NCBI GenBank assembly: GCA_036444275.1
Contig: JAZGAD010000040.1
Span: 1-14,397 of the forward strand
DNA from: Candidatus Hydrothermarchaeales archaeon
GTDB taxonomy: Archaea > Hydrothermarchaeota > Hydrothermarchaeia > Hydrothermarchaeales > JAZGAD01
Length of the DNA: 14,397 bases
Reading direction: 5' to 3'
Part shown: piece by piece, positions 6,834 to 14,397 of the stretch
Layout of the letters: each line of letters begins with the position of its first letter
Position numbering within the stretch: position 1 is the first letter of the stretch
Translations under genes and position numbers: made by a program
The notes under the pieces: model-generated
The model's database searches: none
What the model was told of the DNA's origin: nothing
What the model saw: the letters and a program-made list of their open reading frames with translations, nothing else

Positions 6834-7865
6834 ATGAGAGTAGGCATTATTGGTGCGTCTGGCTACACAGGCGGAGAACTTTTAAGGCTTTTAGCTATGC
6901 ACCCGGAGTGCGAGGTTTCCTGTGCTACCTCCCGGAGGTTGAATGGAAAGAGCATAGCATCGGTGCATCCTAACCTGAGGGGCATCTTAGATATGAAATT
7001 CGTGAAGCCTGACGAAGAAAAGATTGCTTCGAAATGCGACTTCGTTTTCACGGCAACGCCTCATGGTACCTCCATGAAGGTGGTGCCTGGTTTTGTGGAG
7101 AGCGGAATGAAGGTAGTGGATCTAAGCGGGGACTTCAGGTTCAAAGATACAAAAATATATGAGAGGTATTATCACGTTCGCCATGAGCATCCTGAGGTAG
7201 AAGCAGTCTATGGCTTGCCTGAGCTGCATAGACAAGAGATAAAAGACGCTAGTCTGGTGGCGAATCCCGGTTGCTATCCAGTGAGTGCCATCCTGGGCCT
7301 AGCACCTATGGTGAAGAGAGGTGCAGTGGACGTAGAGCGCATTGTCGTAGACTCCAAGAGCGGAATCTCGGGGGCTGGGGCTATACCTAGCGATAAGACC
7401 CATTTCATCGCTAACGCTGAGAGTGTCCTTGCATACAATGCATCTTCCCACCGCCATCTCCCGGAGATCGAGGAGGAGTTGCGCCGCATAAACGAAAAGG
7501 TGATGGTGTCGTTCGTCCCACATTTAGTGCCGCTGATACGGGGGATTTCTACCACGATTCACTGCTTCTTAGAGGCGGATATAGAGAGCGAGAGCCTCCA
7601 AGAACTCTACTCAAAGTTTTATAGTGGTGAGCCCTTTATTAGGATTATGGATGTTGGAGAGACCCCTAGGTTGAGTGCAGTTCGAGCCTCTAACTACATC
7701 GACATAGGATGCTTCGAGGTCGACAAAGAGAGGAAGCGTTGCATAGTCGTATCAGCCTTAGATAATCTTGTAAAGGGGGCCTCAGGCAATGCTGTGCAGA
7801 ATATGAATATAATGATGGGCTACGATGAGACCCTGGGTTTAACGCAAGTGGGGGTGCATCCGTGA
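6834..7865 (+). CDS. argC: N-acetyl-gamma-glutamyl-phosphate reductase
   Basis: GASGYTGGELLRLL, ATPHG, VVDLSGDFR, YGLPE, ANPGCY, SGISGAG, HRHLPEI, PHLVPLIRGI, DNLVKGASGNAVQNMN. Alternative start GTG 6825. Confidence 0.96.
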   Translation: MRVGIIGASGYTGGELLRLLAMHPECEVSCATSRRLNGKSIASVHPNLRGILDMKFVKPDEEKIASKCDFVFTATPHGTSMKVVPGFVESGMKVVDLSGDFRFKDTKIYERYYHVRHEHPEVEAVYGLPELHRQEIKDASLVANPGCYPVSAILGLAPMVKRGAVDVERIVVDSKSGISGAGAIPSDKTHFIANAESVLAYNASSHRHLPEIEEELRRINEKVMVSFVPHLVPLIRGISTTIHCFLEADIESESLQELYSKFYSGEPFIRIMDVGETPRLSAVRASNYIDIGCFEVDKERKRCIVVSALDNLVKGASGNAVQNMNIMMGYDETLGLTQVGVHP

Positions 7866-8329
7866 TGAAGGTTGGAGAGATTATGATCAAGGATGTTGTT
7901 TCCTTCAAGCCAGCTGACCCCATTCACTATGTAGCTTGGTCGCTGAGAGAGAAGAGGATAAGCGGCGGTCCAGTGGTGGATGATGGCAAAGTCGTGGGCA
8001 TTGTGAGCGAGCGCGACATAATGAGGCTTCTTGAAAAGCAGAATATTAGGATAAATTTGTTTCTGCCAAGTCCCTTTGATGTCATAGAATTGCCTCTAAA
8101 GCTTAAGCGGGAGCTCAACGAGATTGCAGAGGTGGTCCAGAAGACGGCTAGGACGTCTGTGGAGGAGATAATGGCCAAGAAGGTGTTCACTGTCACCGAG
8201 GATACACTGGTTGCAGAGGCAGCTAGGATAATGGGTGATATGAAGGTAAACAGGCTTCCAGTAGTGGATAAAGATGGAAAGCTACGGGGGATTGTTACTA
8301 GGGGAGACCTCATAGGAACGTTGGTGTGA
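7862..8329 (+). CDS. CBS-domain pair (Bateman module) protein
   Basis: VGEIM..VV, ISGGPVVDDGKVVGIVSERDI, VEEIMAKKV, VNRLPVVDKDGKLRGIVTRGDLI. Overlaps the argC stop. Confidence 0.92.
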   Translation: MMKVGEIMIKDVVSFKPADPIHYVAWSLREKRISGGPVVDDGKVVGIVSERDIMRLLEKQNIRINLFLPSPFDVIELPLKLKRELNEIAEVVQKTARTSVEEIMAKKVFTVTEDTLVAEAARIMGDMKVNRLPVVDKDGKLRGIVTRGDLIGTLV

Positions 8330-8336
8330 GTTTGAT

Positions 8337-8543
8337 ATGACCGAATTGATACTCGTAGTGGAGCCTAATAGGGAATCTGTAATAGAAGCCCTTAGAATCA
8401 AGGTAATGCTGAAAAAACTTGGGCTGGCAGTGGGTGGCATAACTATAAAAAAGGGAGTAGGAGAGCACATGCCACTGGAATTCATTGAGGACTTTCTTAT
8501 GCTCAAACTCGTCCCGGATATTATGACAAATTCCCGGTTTTAA
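8337..8543 (+). CDS. 68-aa protein resembling an internal / C-terminal segment of archaeal MinD (no ATPase motifs); micro-protein or gene remnant
   Basis: ELILVVEP..ESVIEALRIKVMLKKLGLAVGGITIKK...MPLEFIEDFL resembles the remembered MinD pattern (e.llVtnPe..si.D..k.......g..i.G.vlNr.....p...e..l). Starts 7 bp after the CBS gene and is followed by a U-tract. Confidence 0.6.
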   Translation: MTELILVVEPNRESVIEALRIKVMLKKLGLAVGGITIKKGVGEHMPLEFIEDFLMLKLVPDIMTNSRF

Positions 8544-8562
8544 GGTTCCAGCATATCGTTAC

Positions 8563-8575
8563 TTTTTTCTCTTTT
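8563..8575 (+). terminator. U-rich terminator of the argC-CBS-minD-like unit
   Basis: TTTTTTCTCTTTT about 20 nt after the stop at 8543, in a convergent intergenic region. Confidence 0.55.
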
Positions 8576-8626
8576 AAACTGTATGGGGCGGGAAGGCGTA
8601 GCAAAATGAGGCGGAGAGCTTATTTA

Positions 8627-9832
8627 CTAGAAGGTTGTCATCTCACCATTTATTACCCTCTCAGTTATCTTGGTTACCGCAGCTAGTTGATAGTCGACGA
8701 TGCTCTCGCATTTATCCTTTGCCTTCTCGAAGCTTTCTGGGTTCTTCAGTAAGAGCTGAACACTTGCTGCCTTGGGTTTGTCTATAGGCACACCTATTTG
8801 GCTCAGGAGCCTTATATCCACCTCTTGCACATCGTCTACTGATTCGGCTATATCCTTAGCGATCTCAGAGGAGAGTAGATTGTATATCTTGCCCACATGG
8901 TTAATAGGATTCTTCCCAGCAGCTGCTTCCATTGACATGAATCTATTAGGGGTTATCAAGCCGTTCACTCTATTACCACGGCCCACGCTACCGTCGTCTC
9001 CCATCTCTGCTGAGGTACCAGTAACCGTTAGGTAGACAGAGTCCCTATCATAGTCATCGGCAGTATTAATCATGACTTCCACATTCCTGTCAGTTATGCC
9101 TGCTGCAAGCTTCTCTATCTCAGAGCTCATCCTCTCCTTGACATCGATGTAATGCTCCAGGTGTGGAATGTATCTCGATACCATGGCGTCGGCCACAGTG
9201 AGTGTTATTTTATCATCCTCCCTAAGACCCATTACCTTTATATCCTCCCCACTCTCCGGAAACTTTTTCTTGAACGCTTGAGAGTTCAAAAGCTTCTCGG
9301 TCTCTAAAACAAGTTTTTCTGTCTCAGAGAAGGGGGCAAATGAAACCCCGAAGGATGTGTCGTTGGCAGTGGGGATATCGCTTTTCCTAGAGAACACGTC
9401 TACGAGGTCAGCTGAGCCCTGGCTTATCCGGGAATCAAGTAAAAGGTCGTTCTCGATATCCAGGTTTCTTAGTGTAGACTTGACATATTCCTTTGCTGCG
9501 TGAATAGCTATATGATCTACAGGTATCTGTTTATCTCCAACCCTAGTGACTGCTCTACCTGATAGGAGGATATAGATGGGCTGCAGCATCTTGCCTCCTC
9601 CGAATTCTGGCGCTGCTCTTCCGCCTACTATCTCAACCTGGTCTGTATTGTGATGTAAGAGCCTGCCAAAGGAGCTCATGTACTCCTTGCATAGAGCCCT
9701 GCTCACGGCATCTGCTATGCCGTCGGCAAGGGAATCAGGATGCCCTAGGCCCTTCCTCTCTACTACCTCTACTTTCTGCTCTTCTATAGGTGTCCGCTTC
9801 ACCTCTTCCACTATAATGTTTCTTCCACCCAT
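8627..9832 (-). CDS. mat: Archaeal-type S-adenosylmethionine synthetase (methionine adenosyltransferase)
   Basis: [76 protein letters not shown]. Confidence 0.97.
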   Translation of the reverse strand: MGGRNIIVEEVKRTPIEEQKVEVVERKGLGHPDSLADGIADAVSRALCKEYMSSFGRLLHHNTDQVEIVGGRAAPEFGGGKMLQPIYILLSGRAVTRVGDKQIPVDHIAIHAAKEYVKSTLRNLDIENDLLLDSRISQGSADLVDVFSRKSDIPTANDTSFGVSFAPFSETEKLVLETEKLLNSQAFKKKFPESGEDIKVMGLREDDKITLTVADAMVSRYIPHLEHYIDVKERMSSEIEKLAAGITDRNVEVMINTADDYDRDSVYLTVTGTSAEMGDDGSVGRGNRVNGLITPNRFMSMEAAAGKNPINHVGKIYNLLSSEIAKDIAESVDDVQEVDIRLLSQIGVPIDKPKAASVQLLLKNPESFEKAKDKCESIVDYQLAAVTKITERVINGEMTTF

Positions 9833-9854
9833 AGTATCCCAGCAATTTGTACGT

Positions 9855-10841
9855 TTACTTTTTATATTTTGTGAAAGTCGCCTTAAGGCTCTCGGTGCGT
9901 AGGGAGATTTTTCTTTGCGGCTCTATGGTCATAAAGACCTCGCCATCTCTGATAATCCTGACTATGCCTCCGCTCTGGGACACAGTTATTCCAATAGCAT
10001 TCGTAGCTAAGCTCATCGCTGCCACAGCTGCATGCCTCGTCCCAAGGCCCCGGGGAACATCTATCTTGCTGGTGTCGACTGTAAGATACCTGCCGGCTGC
10101 CTCGATAACGCCGTCCTCGGTAATCACGAAGGCACCATCCAGCTGGGCGAGTTCCTTTATGGTCTCTTTGATATCTGGGCTTGTTATGATGCGTTCACCT
10201 ATGGCGTGCCCTTCGAAGGGATTCAGAATCATCTGTTTAGATTTCTCCATAACATTCTTGGAATCCCCTATCAAAAAGGCAGTTCCGATAAGTCTGCCTT
10301 CCCTTCCCTCCTTACCTATCTCTAGAGCGGTGTTCAGCACTGCTTCGAAGACCCCTTCCTTGATGTTTACTTCTCTGAGGAATTCGTAGAGGGCGAAATC
10401 CAGTTTTTCCTTTTCTAGATGATAGACAAAGATAGAGTCACCCTCCGATGTTAGGCTGGAACCTATCACCACTACTACGTCGTCCTGGTGCAGTATACCT
10501 TTGCTCATGGAGACCACTATAGCATCTTCGATCTGGGCCGACCTGGATGCACCTCTAGTCATAAGCTTCAGGGCATAGCTCTTTCTGGAGCGCCCATGTT
10601 TTTCTACATCCAGGAAGTCTATATTCAACGTGCTTATCATAGCCTTTTTGATTAAAGCATCAAAGGTTTCATCCTTGGCTGTAGCTGCGATCACAGGGAG
10701 ATCTGGGTCGTGCTCCATAACACCATCATATGCTACCCCCGTTTCGGTAAGGACTAGTATGGCGTTGGCCTTGATCTTGCCAGCTAATTCAACAGCTGAA
10801 TCTATGACGTCTCCTACAGTCTCCATTGCTATCACTATCAT
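9855..10841 (-). CDS. dacZ: Diadenylate cyclase, DacZ type (N-terminal pyruvate-kinase alpha/beta-like domain + DAC domain)
   Basis: N-terminal AVELA..IKANAILVLTETG...P.LPVIAAT (PK C-terminal-like). DAC motifs EGREGRLIGTAF, KELAQLDGAF, GLGTRHAA, VSQSGG. True start may be ATG 10826. Confidence 0.9.
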   Translation of the reverse strand: MIVIAMETVGDVIDSAVELAGKIKANAILVLTETGVAYDGVMEHDPDLPVIAATAKDETFDALIKKAMISTLNIDFLDVEKHGRSRKSYALKLMTRGASRSAQIEDAIVVSMSKGILHQDDVVVVIGSSLTSEGDSIFVYHLEKEKLDFALYEFLREVNIKEGVFEAVLNTALEIGKEGREGRLIGTAFLIGDSKNVMEKSKQMILNPFEGHAIGERIITSPDIKETIKELAQLDGAFVITEDGVIEAAGRYLTVDTSKIDVPRGLGTRHAAVAAMSLATNAIGITVSQSGGIVRIIRDGEVFMTIEPQRKISLRTESLKATFTKYKK

Positions 10842-10856
10842 TTAATGGGCGGCAAG

Positions 10857-10864
10857 GATATAAA
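10857..10864 (-). promoter_or_regulatory. TATA box for dacZ-mat
   Basis: TTTATATC on the minus strand, 16-23 bp from ATG 10841 and about 31-38 bp from ATG 10826. Confidence 0.45.
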
Positions 10865-10959
10865 TGATTACTACAGGCTTGGGCAAATCACATCGGCTAC
10901 ACCCAGGATTGTGTCTTGCACAGGATATTTAAGCTCCGCTTGAGGAATGTGTTCTATCC

Positions 10960-11586
10960 ATGATTCTCGCGTTGCAGATATGGCTCCTTGGAACTCTCTT
11001 CGGAGTTGTGTTATTCTTTCTAACCGGGGCGGCAACCCTTCAGAGCATTTTGAGTATACTACCTAGTCCAGTAGTAGAAGGTACCTTTGGCATCTTCCTG
11101 AAGAATTCGCTAGCGTCGCTGACTACCATCTATTTAGGCTTGGTCCTGTGTCTAGTGGAGCTGCGGATATATGAGGGTGTATCAAGAGAGACATATGCTT
11201 TTCTTGAGGGTCTCACATCTCCACTGTACCGATTCCTAGGGTGGCTGGACCGGAGATTCCAAGAGCTTAGGCCATTCTATAGGTCTTGTTATTTCTACCT
11301 AGCATTCGTGCCTAGTCTGAGTTTATTCGTAAATGGCATGGTATTAGGGCTTCTTCTCCAGCTCGATTTTAGATCTCTATACCCCCACGCTATATTCGAG
11401 ATCCCAGCGATACTTGCAAGCGCAATTATAGGTTTCTCGATACTGGGGGAATTGAAAGCCCCGATTGAGTCAGGCAGCCTTTACAGACTTAAAAAAGAGA
11501 TGCAGAAGGCATTTAAGGATAAAGTATCTTTGGTGATTGTTATTCAGATCGTGCTCCTTGTAGCAGCTATCCTCGAATCCTCTTGA
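10960..11586 (+). CDS. SpoIIM / DUF95 family membrane protein
   Basis: IFLKN, NGMVLG, PHAIFEIPA, VAAILES family motifs; multiple TM helices. Confidence 0.85.
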   Translation: MILALQIWLLGTLFGVVLFFLTGAATLQSILSILPSPVVEGTFGIFLKNSLASLTTIYLGLVLCLVELRIYEGVSRETYAFLEGLTSPLYRFLGWLDRRFQELRPFYRSCYFYLAFVPSLSLFVNGMVLGLLLQLDFRSLYPHAIFEIPAILASAIIGFSILGELKAPIESGSLYRLKKEMQKAFKDKVSLVIVIQIVLLVAAILESS

Positions 11587-11749
11587 ATATCTTACTGCCT
11601 CTTAGGTATACACCTGGTATTACGAGCAGTAGATGAGATGCGAGTACATAAGGCATAGGCTTCAGTTTTAGTATGAGCAAGCCGACCGGCCATACAAAGA
11701 CTCCCAGGATTATCATTGCTAAACCGATTTTTTCTCTTTCCATCCACAC
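11567..11749 (-). CDS. Small two-TM hypothetical membrane protein
   Basis: IGLAMIILGVFVWPVGLLIL and YVLASHLLLVIPGVYL helices with a basic tail. AAGGTG upstream of ATG 11743. 20-bp convergent overlap with the SpoIIM-like gene. Confidence 0.6.
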   Translation of the reverse strand: MWMEREKIGLAMIILGVFVWPVGLLILKLKPMPYVLASHLLLVIPGVYLRGSKIFKRIRG

Positions 11750-11956
11750 ACCTTTGCGCTATTATAATGGATATAATTTGCCTTTAATTAATACTATAGC
11801 TGCGTTGGAGCACTGAGAATAAAAAATGGGGCTATTGACTTCAAGAGATTACCGGTGCTAACGGGCGGTAGACTAGTATTATAACTCAATACGCCGTGAT
11901 GAAAATCTTAGTTTAGACTTTCGATATTTAGGTATCCCAACTTGTTGTAGGCACAG

Positions 11957-11996
11957 TTTTATATTGTTAGAAACGGAATTTAAAACAGAGGTGAGG
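11957..11996 (+). promoter_or_regulatory. TATA box and RBS for the Lrp/AsnC RAM gene
   Basis: TTTTATAT at 11957-11964 and GAGGTGAGG at 11988-11996, before ATG 11999. Confidence 0.6.
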
Positions 11997-11998
11997 TT

Positions 11999-12235
11999 AT
12001 GGTAACAGCTGGAGTTTTGATCAAGACAAAGCCTGGTTCAACCAAGAGGGTATTGGATGCCATAAGGGCGAAGGAAGGCATCTCTCAGGCATTTGCAGTC
12101 TTCGGGAGATACGACATAGTGGTGATGATAAAGGATGCCAAAGACCTTGATGATGCCGCTAGAATAGTCACGCAGGGTGTTGCGACCATAGATGGCGTGG
12201 CGAGCACAGAAACGTTAGTCGCAGCTAATATATAG
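11999..12235 (+). CDS. Stand-alone Lrp/AsnC ligand-binding (RAM) domain protein
   Basis: AGVLIKTKPG...V, AFAVFGRYDIVV, IDGVASTETLV. No HTH. Strong RBS. Confidence 0.9.
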   Translation: MVTAGVLIKTKPGSTKRVLDAIRAKEGISQAFAVFGRYDIVVMIKDAKDLDDAARIVTQGVATIDGVASTETLVAANI

Positions 12236-12250
12236 GTAGCAAATAACAAC

Positions 12251-12258
12251 TTTTATAT
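12251..12258 (+). promoter_or_regulatory. TATA box for the sepF-ZPR1-nip7-FKBP operon
   Basis: TTTTATAT preceded by an A-rich BRE-like stretch; GGAGGT RBS at 12282-12287. Confidence 0.55.
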
Positions 12259-12295
12259 GCAGTAAAGCACTAAATGCTTGCGGAGGTTCCAATCG

Positions 12296-12718
12296 ATGGG
12301 ATTAAGGGATATATTTCAAAAATTGTCTGGCCCAGAGGTCCCAGAGTCTGAGCTGAAGGAGTACGTAGAACTGCAGATCGAGGAGGGGGAGAGCAGGTTC
12401 ATCGGTCCAGAGAAATACCTAAAGGTGTGCAAGCTTAAGGGCTTCGTAGACGTGGATACCGCTGCTGGAGAGTTGAGCGACGGGAATATAGTCATCTTAG
12501 ATATAAAGCCCTTGGCAGAGCGTAGCATGAACGAGCTGAAGCATGCTGTGGATGAGATGAAGGACATCTGTGTATCCATGGGTGGTGACATCGCTGGACT
12601 AAGCGAATACCACCTGATATTGACCCCCCCTACAGTGAGGATAGAACGCACTTCTGAGTTGAAGGCTGAGGACTTCGAGGAGGCTATGGAACGGGTCAGG
12701 CGTAGGATGGAGAAATAA
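12296..12718 (+). CDS. sepF: Cell division protein SepF (archaeal)
   Basis: N-terminal amphipathic MGLRDIFQKL, EYVEL, GNIVILDIKPL, GGDIAGL....ILTPPTVRIER. Start reassigned to ATG 12296 on the GGAGGT RBS. Confidence 0.9.
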   Translation: MGLRDIFQKLSGPEVPESELKEYVELQIEEGESRFIGPEKYLKVCKLKGFVDVDTAAGELSDGNIVILDIKPLAERSMNELKHAVDEMKDICVSMGGDIAGLSEYHLILTPPTVRIERTSELKAEDFEEAMERVRRRMEK

Positions 12719-12728
12719 TTTGTAGTCA

Positions 12729-13256
12729 ATGTACTCTGGACTCCTCTGCCCCCTGTGCAAAAAGCACAGCCTTAATGCTACTTTTCATTGCCACGAGATC
12801 TCTTATTTTGGAGATGTAATGGAGAGCGTCATACAGTGTTCAAGCTGTAAATATAAACATGTTGACATCTTCACTTTGGAGGAGAAGGGCCATGTCAGGT
12901 TTACGTTAAAAGTGGCGGGCGAAGGGGATATGTCGGTACGGGTGGTGCGCTCTAGCCATGCTTCTATAGAGATCCCTGAACTGGGTGTAAAGATTACTCC
13001 AGGGGCTCAAGCCGATGGCTATATCTCCAATGTAGAGGGTGTCCTTTCTAGGTTGGAGGATGTCGTCTTGACTGCTGAATCCTGGAACAAAGGAAAGAAG
13101 GCAGAGAAATCTCGGGAGCTCCTGGAAAGGATAAAGAGGATCAAGCAAGGGAAAGAGAGTATACATTTAATCCTGGACGACCCCACGGGTAATAGCGCTA
13201 TCATCTCTAAAAAAGTAGTAAAGGTCAAGGTCAGCGAGGAGAAGAATGAAGTTTAA
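12729..13256 (+). CDS. ZPR1-type zinc-finger protein
   Basis: CPLC...ISYFGDV...CSSCKYK, RVVRSS.ASIEIPELGVKITPG, GYISNVEGVL, LDDPTGNSAI. Confidence 0.93.
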   Translation: MYSGLLCPLCKKHSLNATFHCHEISYFGDVMESVIQCSSCKYKHVDIFTLEEKGHVRFTLKVAGEGDMSVRVVRSSHASIEIPELGVKITPGAQADGYISNVEGVLSRLEDVVLTAESWNKGKKAEKSRELLERIKRIKQGKESIHLILDDPTGNSAIISKKVVKVKVSEEKNEV

Positions 13257-13734
13257 GAGACTAGAGAAAAAAGAATTTGATGCACTGAAGAAGCTGAAAC
13301 ATGAGTTTGGTGTTGACTTAGAGAAGATCCTAGATGACAAGGTATTGTTTGTAGCATTAGATGGAAGGAAGGAGGTATTCGCTACAAATAAACAGGCTTC
13401 TGAAGCTCTGGAGAAATTGAAGAGAGACCCTTACTCGATAGGCTTATACCTGGGCGAGATCAGAGGAGGGAGATTCATCTTGAGCCTAGAGGGTGCGTCG
13501 GTAATAGCTAGATACACTGACAAGAAGGTTATTGTCAGCAGGAAAGCCGAGCAGTTAGTTTTATATGGAAGGGATGTTTTCTCTAAGTCCGCTGTGAACT
13601 TCGAGACCCTCGCCGAGGGGGAGCGATGCCTTATTGTCAACGATAGGGATGAGCTCCTCGGTATTGGACGGGTAGAGAAGGGAATGGTAAAGAACCTCAT
13701 GGATAGAGGTTGGTACCTGCGCAAAGGAGAATAA
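13246..13734 (+). CDS. nip7: Nip7-like PUA-domain ribosome-biogenesis protein
   Basis: YSIGLYLGEI....F.LSLEGA, KAEQLVLYGRDVF, LLGIG, KNLMDRGWYLRKG. Confidence 0.8.
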   Translation: MKFKRLEKKEFDALKKLKHEFGVDLEKILDDKVLFVALDGRKEVFATNKQASEALEKLKRDPYSIGLYLGEIRGGRFILSLEGASVIARYTDKKVIVSRKAEQLVLYGRDVFSKSAVNFETLAEGERCLIVNDRDELLGIGRVEKGMVKNLMDRGWYLRKGE

Positions 13735-13736
13735 AG

Positions 13737-14397
13737 ATGGGCTTGAAAAAAGGCGACTTCATTAGGATAAATTACACAGGTAAAACAAAGGGAGCTAATG
13801 TCTTTGACACCACTCTAGAGAACGTGGCTAAAGAGCATGATATCTATGACGAGAAGGTAAAATTCAAGCCTGCACCAGTCGTCGTTGGTGAGGGACACGT
13901 GATCAAGGGTGTGGATGAGGCCTTAGTAGACATTGCAGTAGGGGGGAAGAAGAAGTTAGAGATACTACCTGAGAAGGGATACGGCCCGAGGGATCCAAAG
14001 TTGGTGAAGGTGGTGCCTCTAAAGGACTTCAGGAAACAGGGCATGACGCCTGTGCCGGGTATGCGTTTTGAATCTGAAGGCGGGATAGGGCGCGTGCAGA
14101 GTGTTGGAGCTGGCAGGGTGCGGGTGGACTTCAACTATGAGCTGGCTGGTAGGATCTTGGAGTATGAGGTTAGCGTGGAGGGGAAAGTGAACAAAGTTGA
14201 AGACAAGCTTAGGCTTCTCATGGAGCTGCGCTTTCCCTATGCCGATCATAATAAGCATGAGATAGCAATAAATGCTGGAAAGGCAGTGATAGTTCTCGCC
14301 AAAGAGACAGGATTCCGGAAGGAAGCTGCCGTGGGAAAACAACTGCTTGCAAGGGATGCCTTCAAGTTCCTGGATACGATAAAAGAGGTAGAGTTCA
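13737..14397 (+). CDS. Long-type archaeal FKBP peptidyl-prolyl isomerase (SlyD-like), 3' truncated by the window
   Basis: Not in the ORF track; read by hand from ATG 13737: MGLKKGDFIRINYTG...VFDTT...VVVGEGHVIKGVDEAL...PEKGYGPRDPKLV...GRVRVDFNYELAGRILEYEV. Open to the window end. Confidence 0.92.
   Translation, partial: MGLKKGDFIRINYTGKTKGANVFDTTLENVAKEHDIYDEKVKFKPAPVVVGEGHVIKGVDEALVDIAVGGKKKLEILPEKGYGPRDPKLVKVVPLKDFRKQGMTPVPGMRFESEGGIGRVQSVGAGRVRVDFNYELAGRILEYEVSVEGKVNKVEDKLRLLMELRFPYADHNKHEIAINAGKAVIVLAKETGFRKEAAVGKQLLARDAFKFLDTIKEVEF

Noticed and set aside
9847-10389. 180-aa plus-strand ORF opposite dacZ (also 7927-8313, 12316-12729, 13431-13724, 13844-14342 and similar)
   Set aside because: Antisense shadows, mostly Ser/Ile/Pro-rich as expected for reverse-complemented coding sequence; the opposite strand has clear family motifs.
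10878-10921. Possible hairpins CTTGGG...CCCAGG and TGTG-N5-CACA between dacZ and the SpoIIM-like gene
   Set aside because: Stems of only 4-6 bp, expected by chance; no recognisable riboswitch or tRNA features.
11896-11902. C-box-like GTGATGA suggesting a C/D box sRNA
   Set aside because: No CTGA D box at a suitable distance downstream; the only nearby CTGA lies upstream.
14128-14150. FKBP motif DFNYELAG instead of DFNH[PE]LAG
   Set aside because: A single substitution with all other motifs intact; not enough to infer altered function.

Overview
Gene-dense archaeal window (euryarchaeal-type genes: archaeal mat, dacZ, sepF, ZPR1, Nip7, single-TRAM protein, TTTATA-type TATA boxes, GGAGG/GGTGA ribosome-binding sites). 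The lineage cannot be fixed from sequence alone. The left end (1-2066, minus strand) is a respiratory operon. It encodes an exported, membrane-anchored multiheme cytochrome c (6 CxxCH plus one CX7CH), a translationally coupled FdnI-like diheme cytochrome b, and a third exported protein running off the edge; together these resemble a split CbcL-type quinol:cytochrome c oxidoreductase. The rest is mostly housekeeping: tmk, a creatininase-family gene, TRAM plus a Zn-finger micro-protein, a nucleotidyltransferase, an RNase Z-like MBL hydrolase, leuB, argC, a CBS protein, a 68-aa MinD-like fragment, mat, dacZ, a SpoIIM-like membrane protein, a small membrane protein, a stand-alone Lrp/AsnC RAM domain, sepF, ZPR1, Nip7 and a partial FKBP. 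The most notable observations are the split bc-type cytochrome module, a PCNA-interacting (PIP-box-like) tail on thymidylate kinase, and the ATPase-less MinD mini-protein. No rRNA, tRNA, CRISPR array or mobile element was seen. All assignments come from motif recognition by eye; no searches were run.
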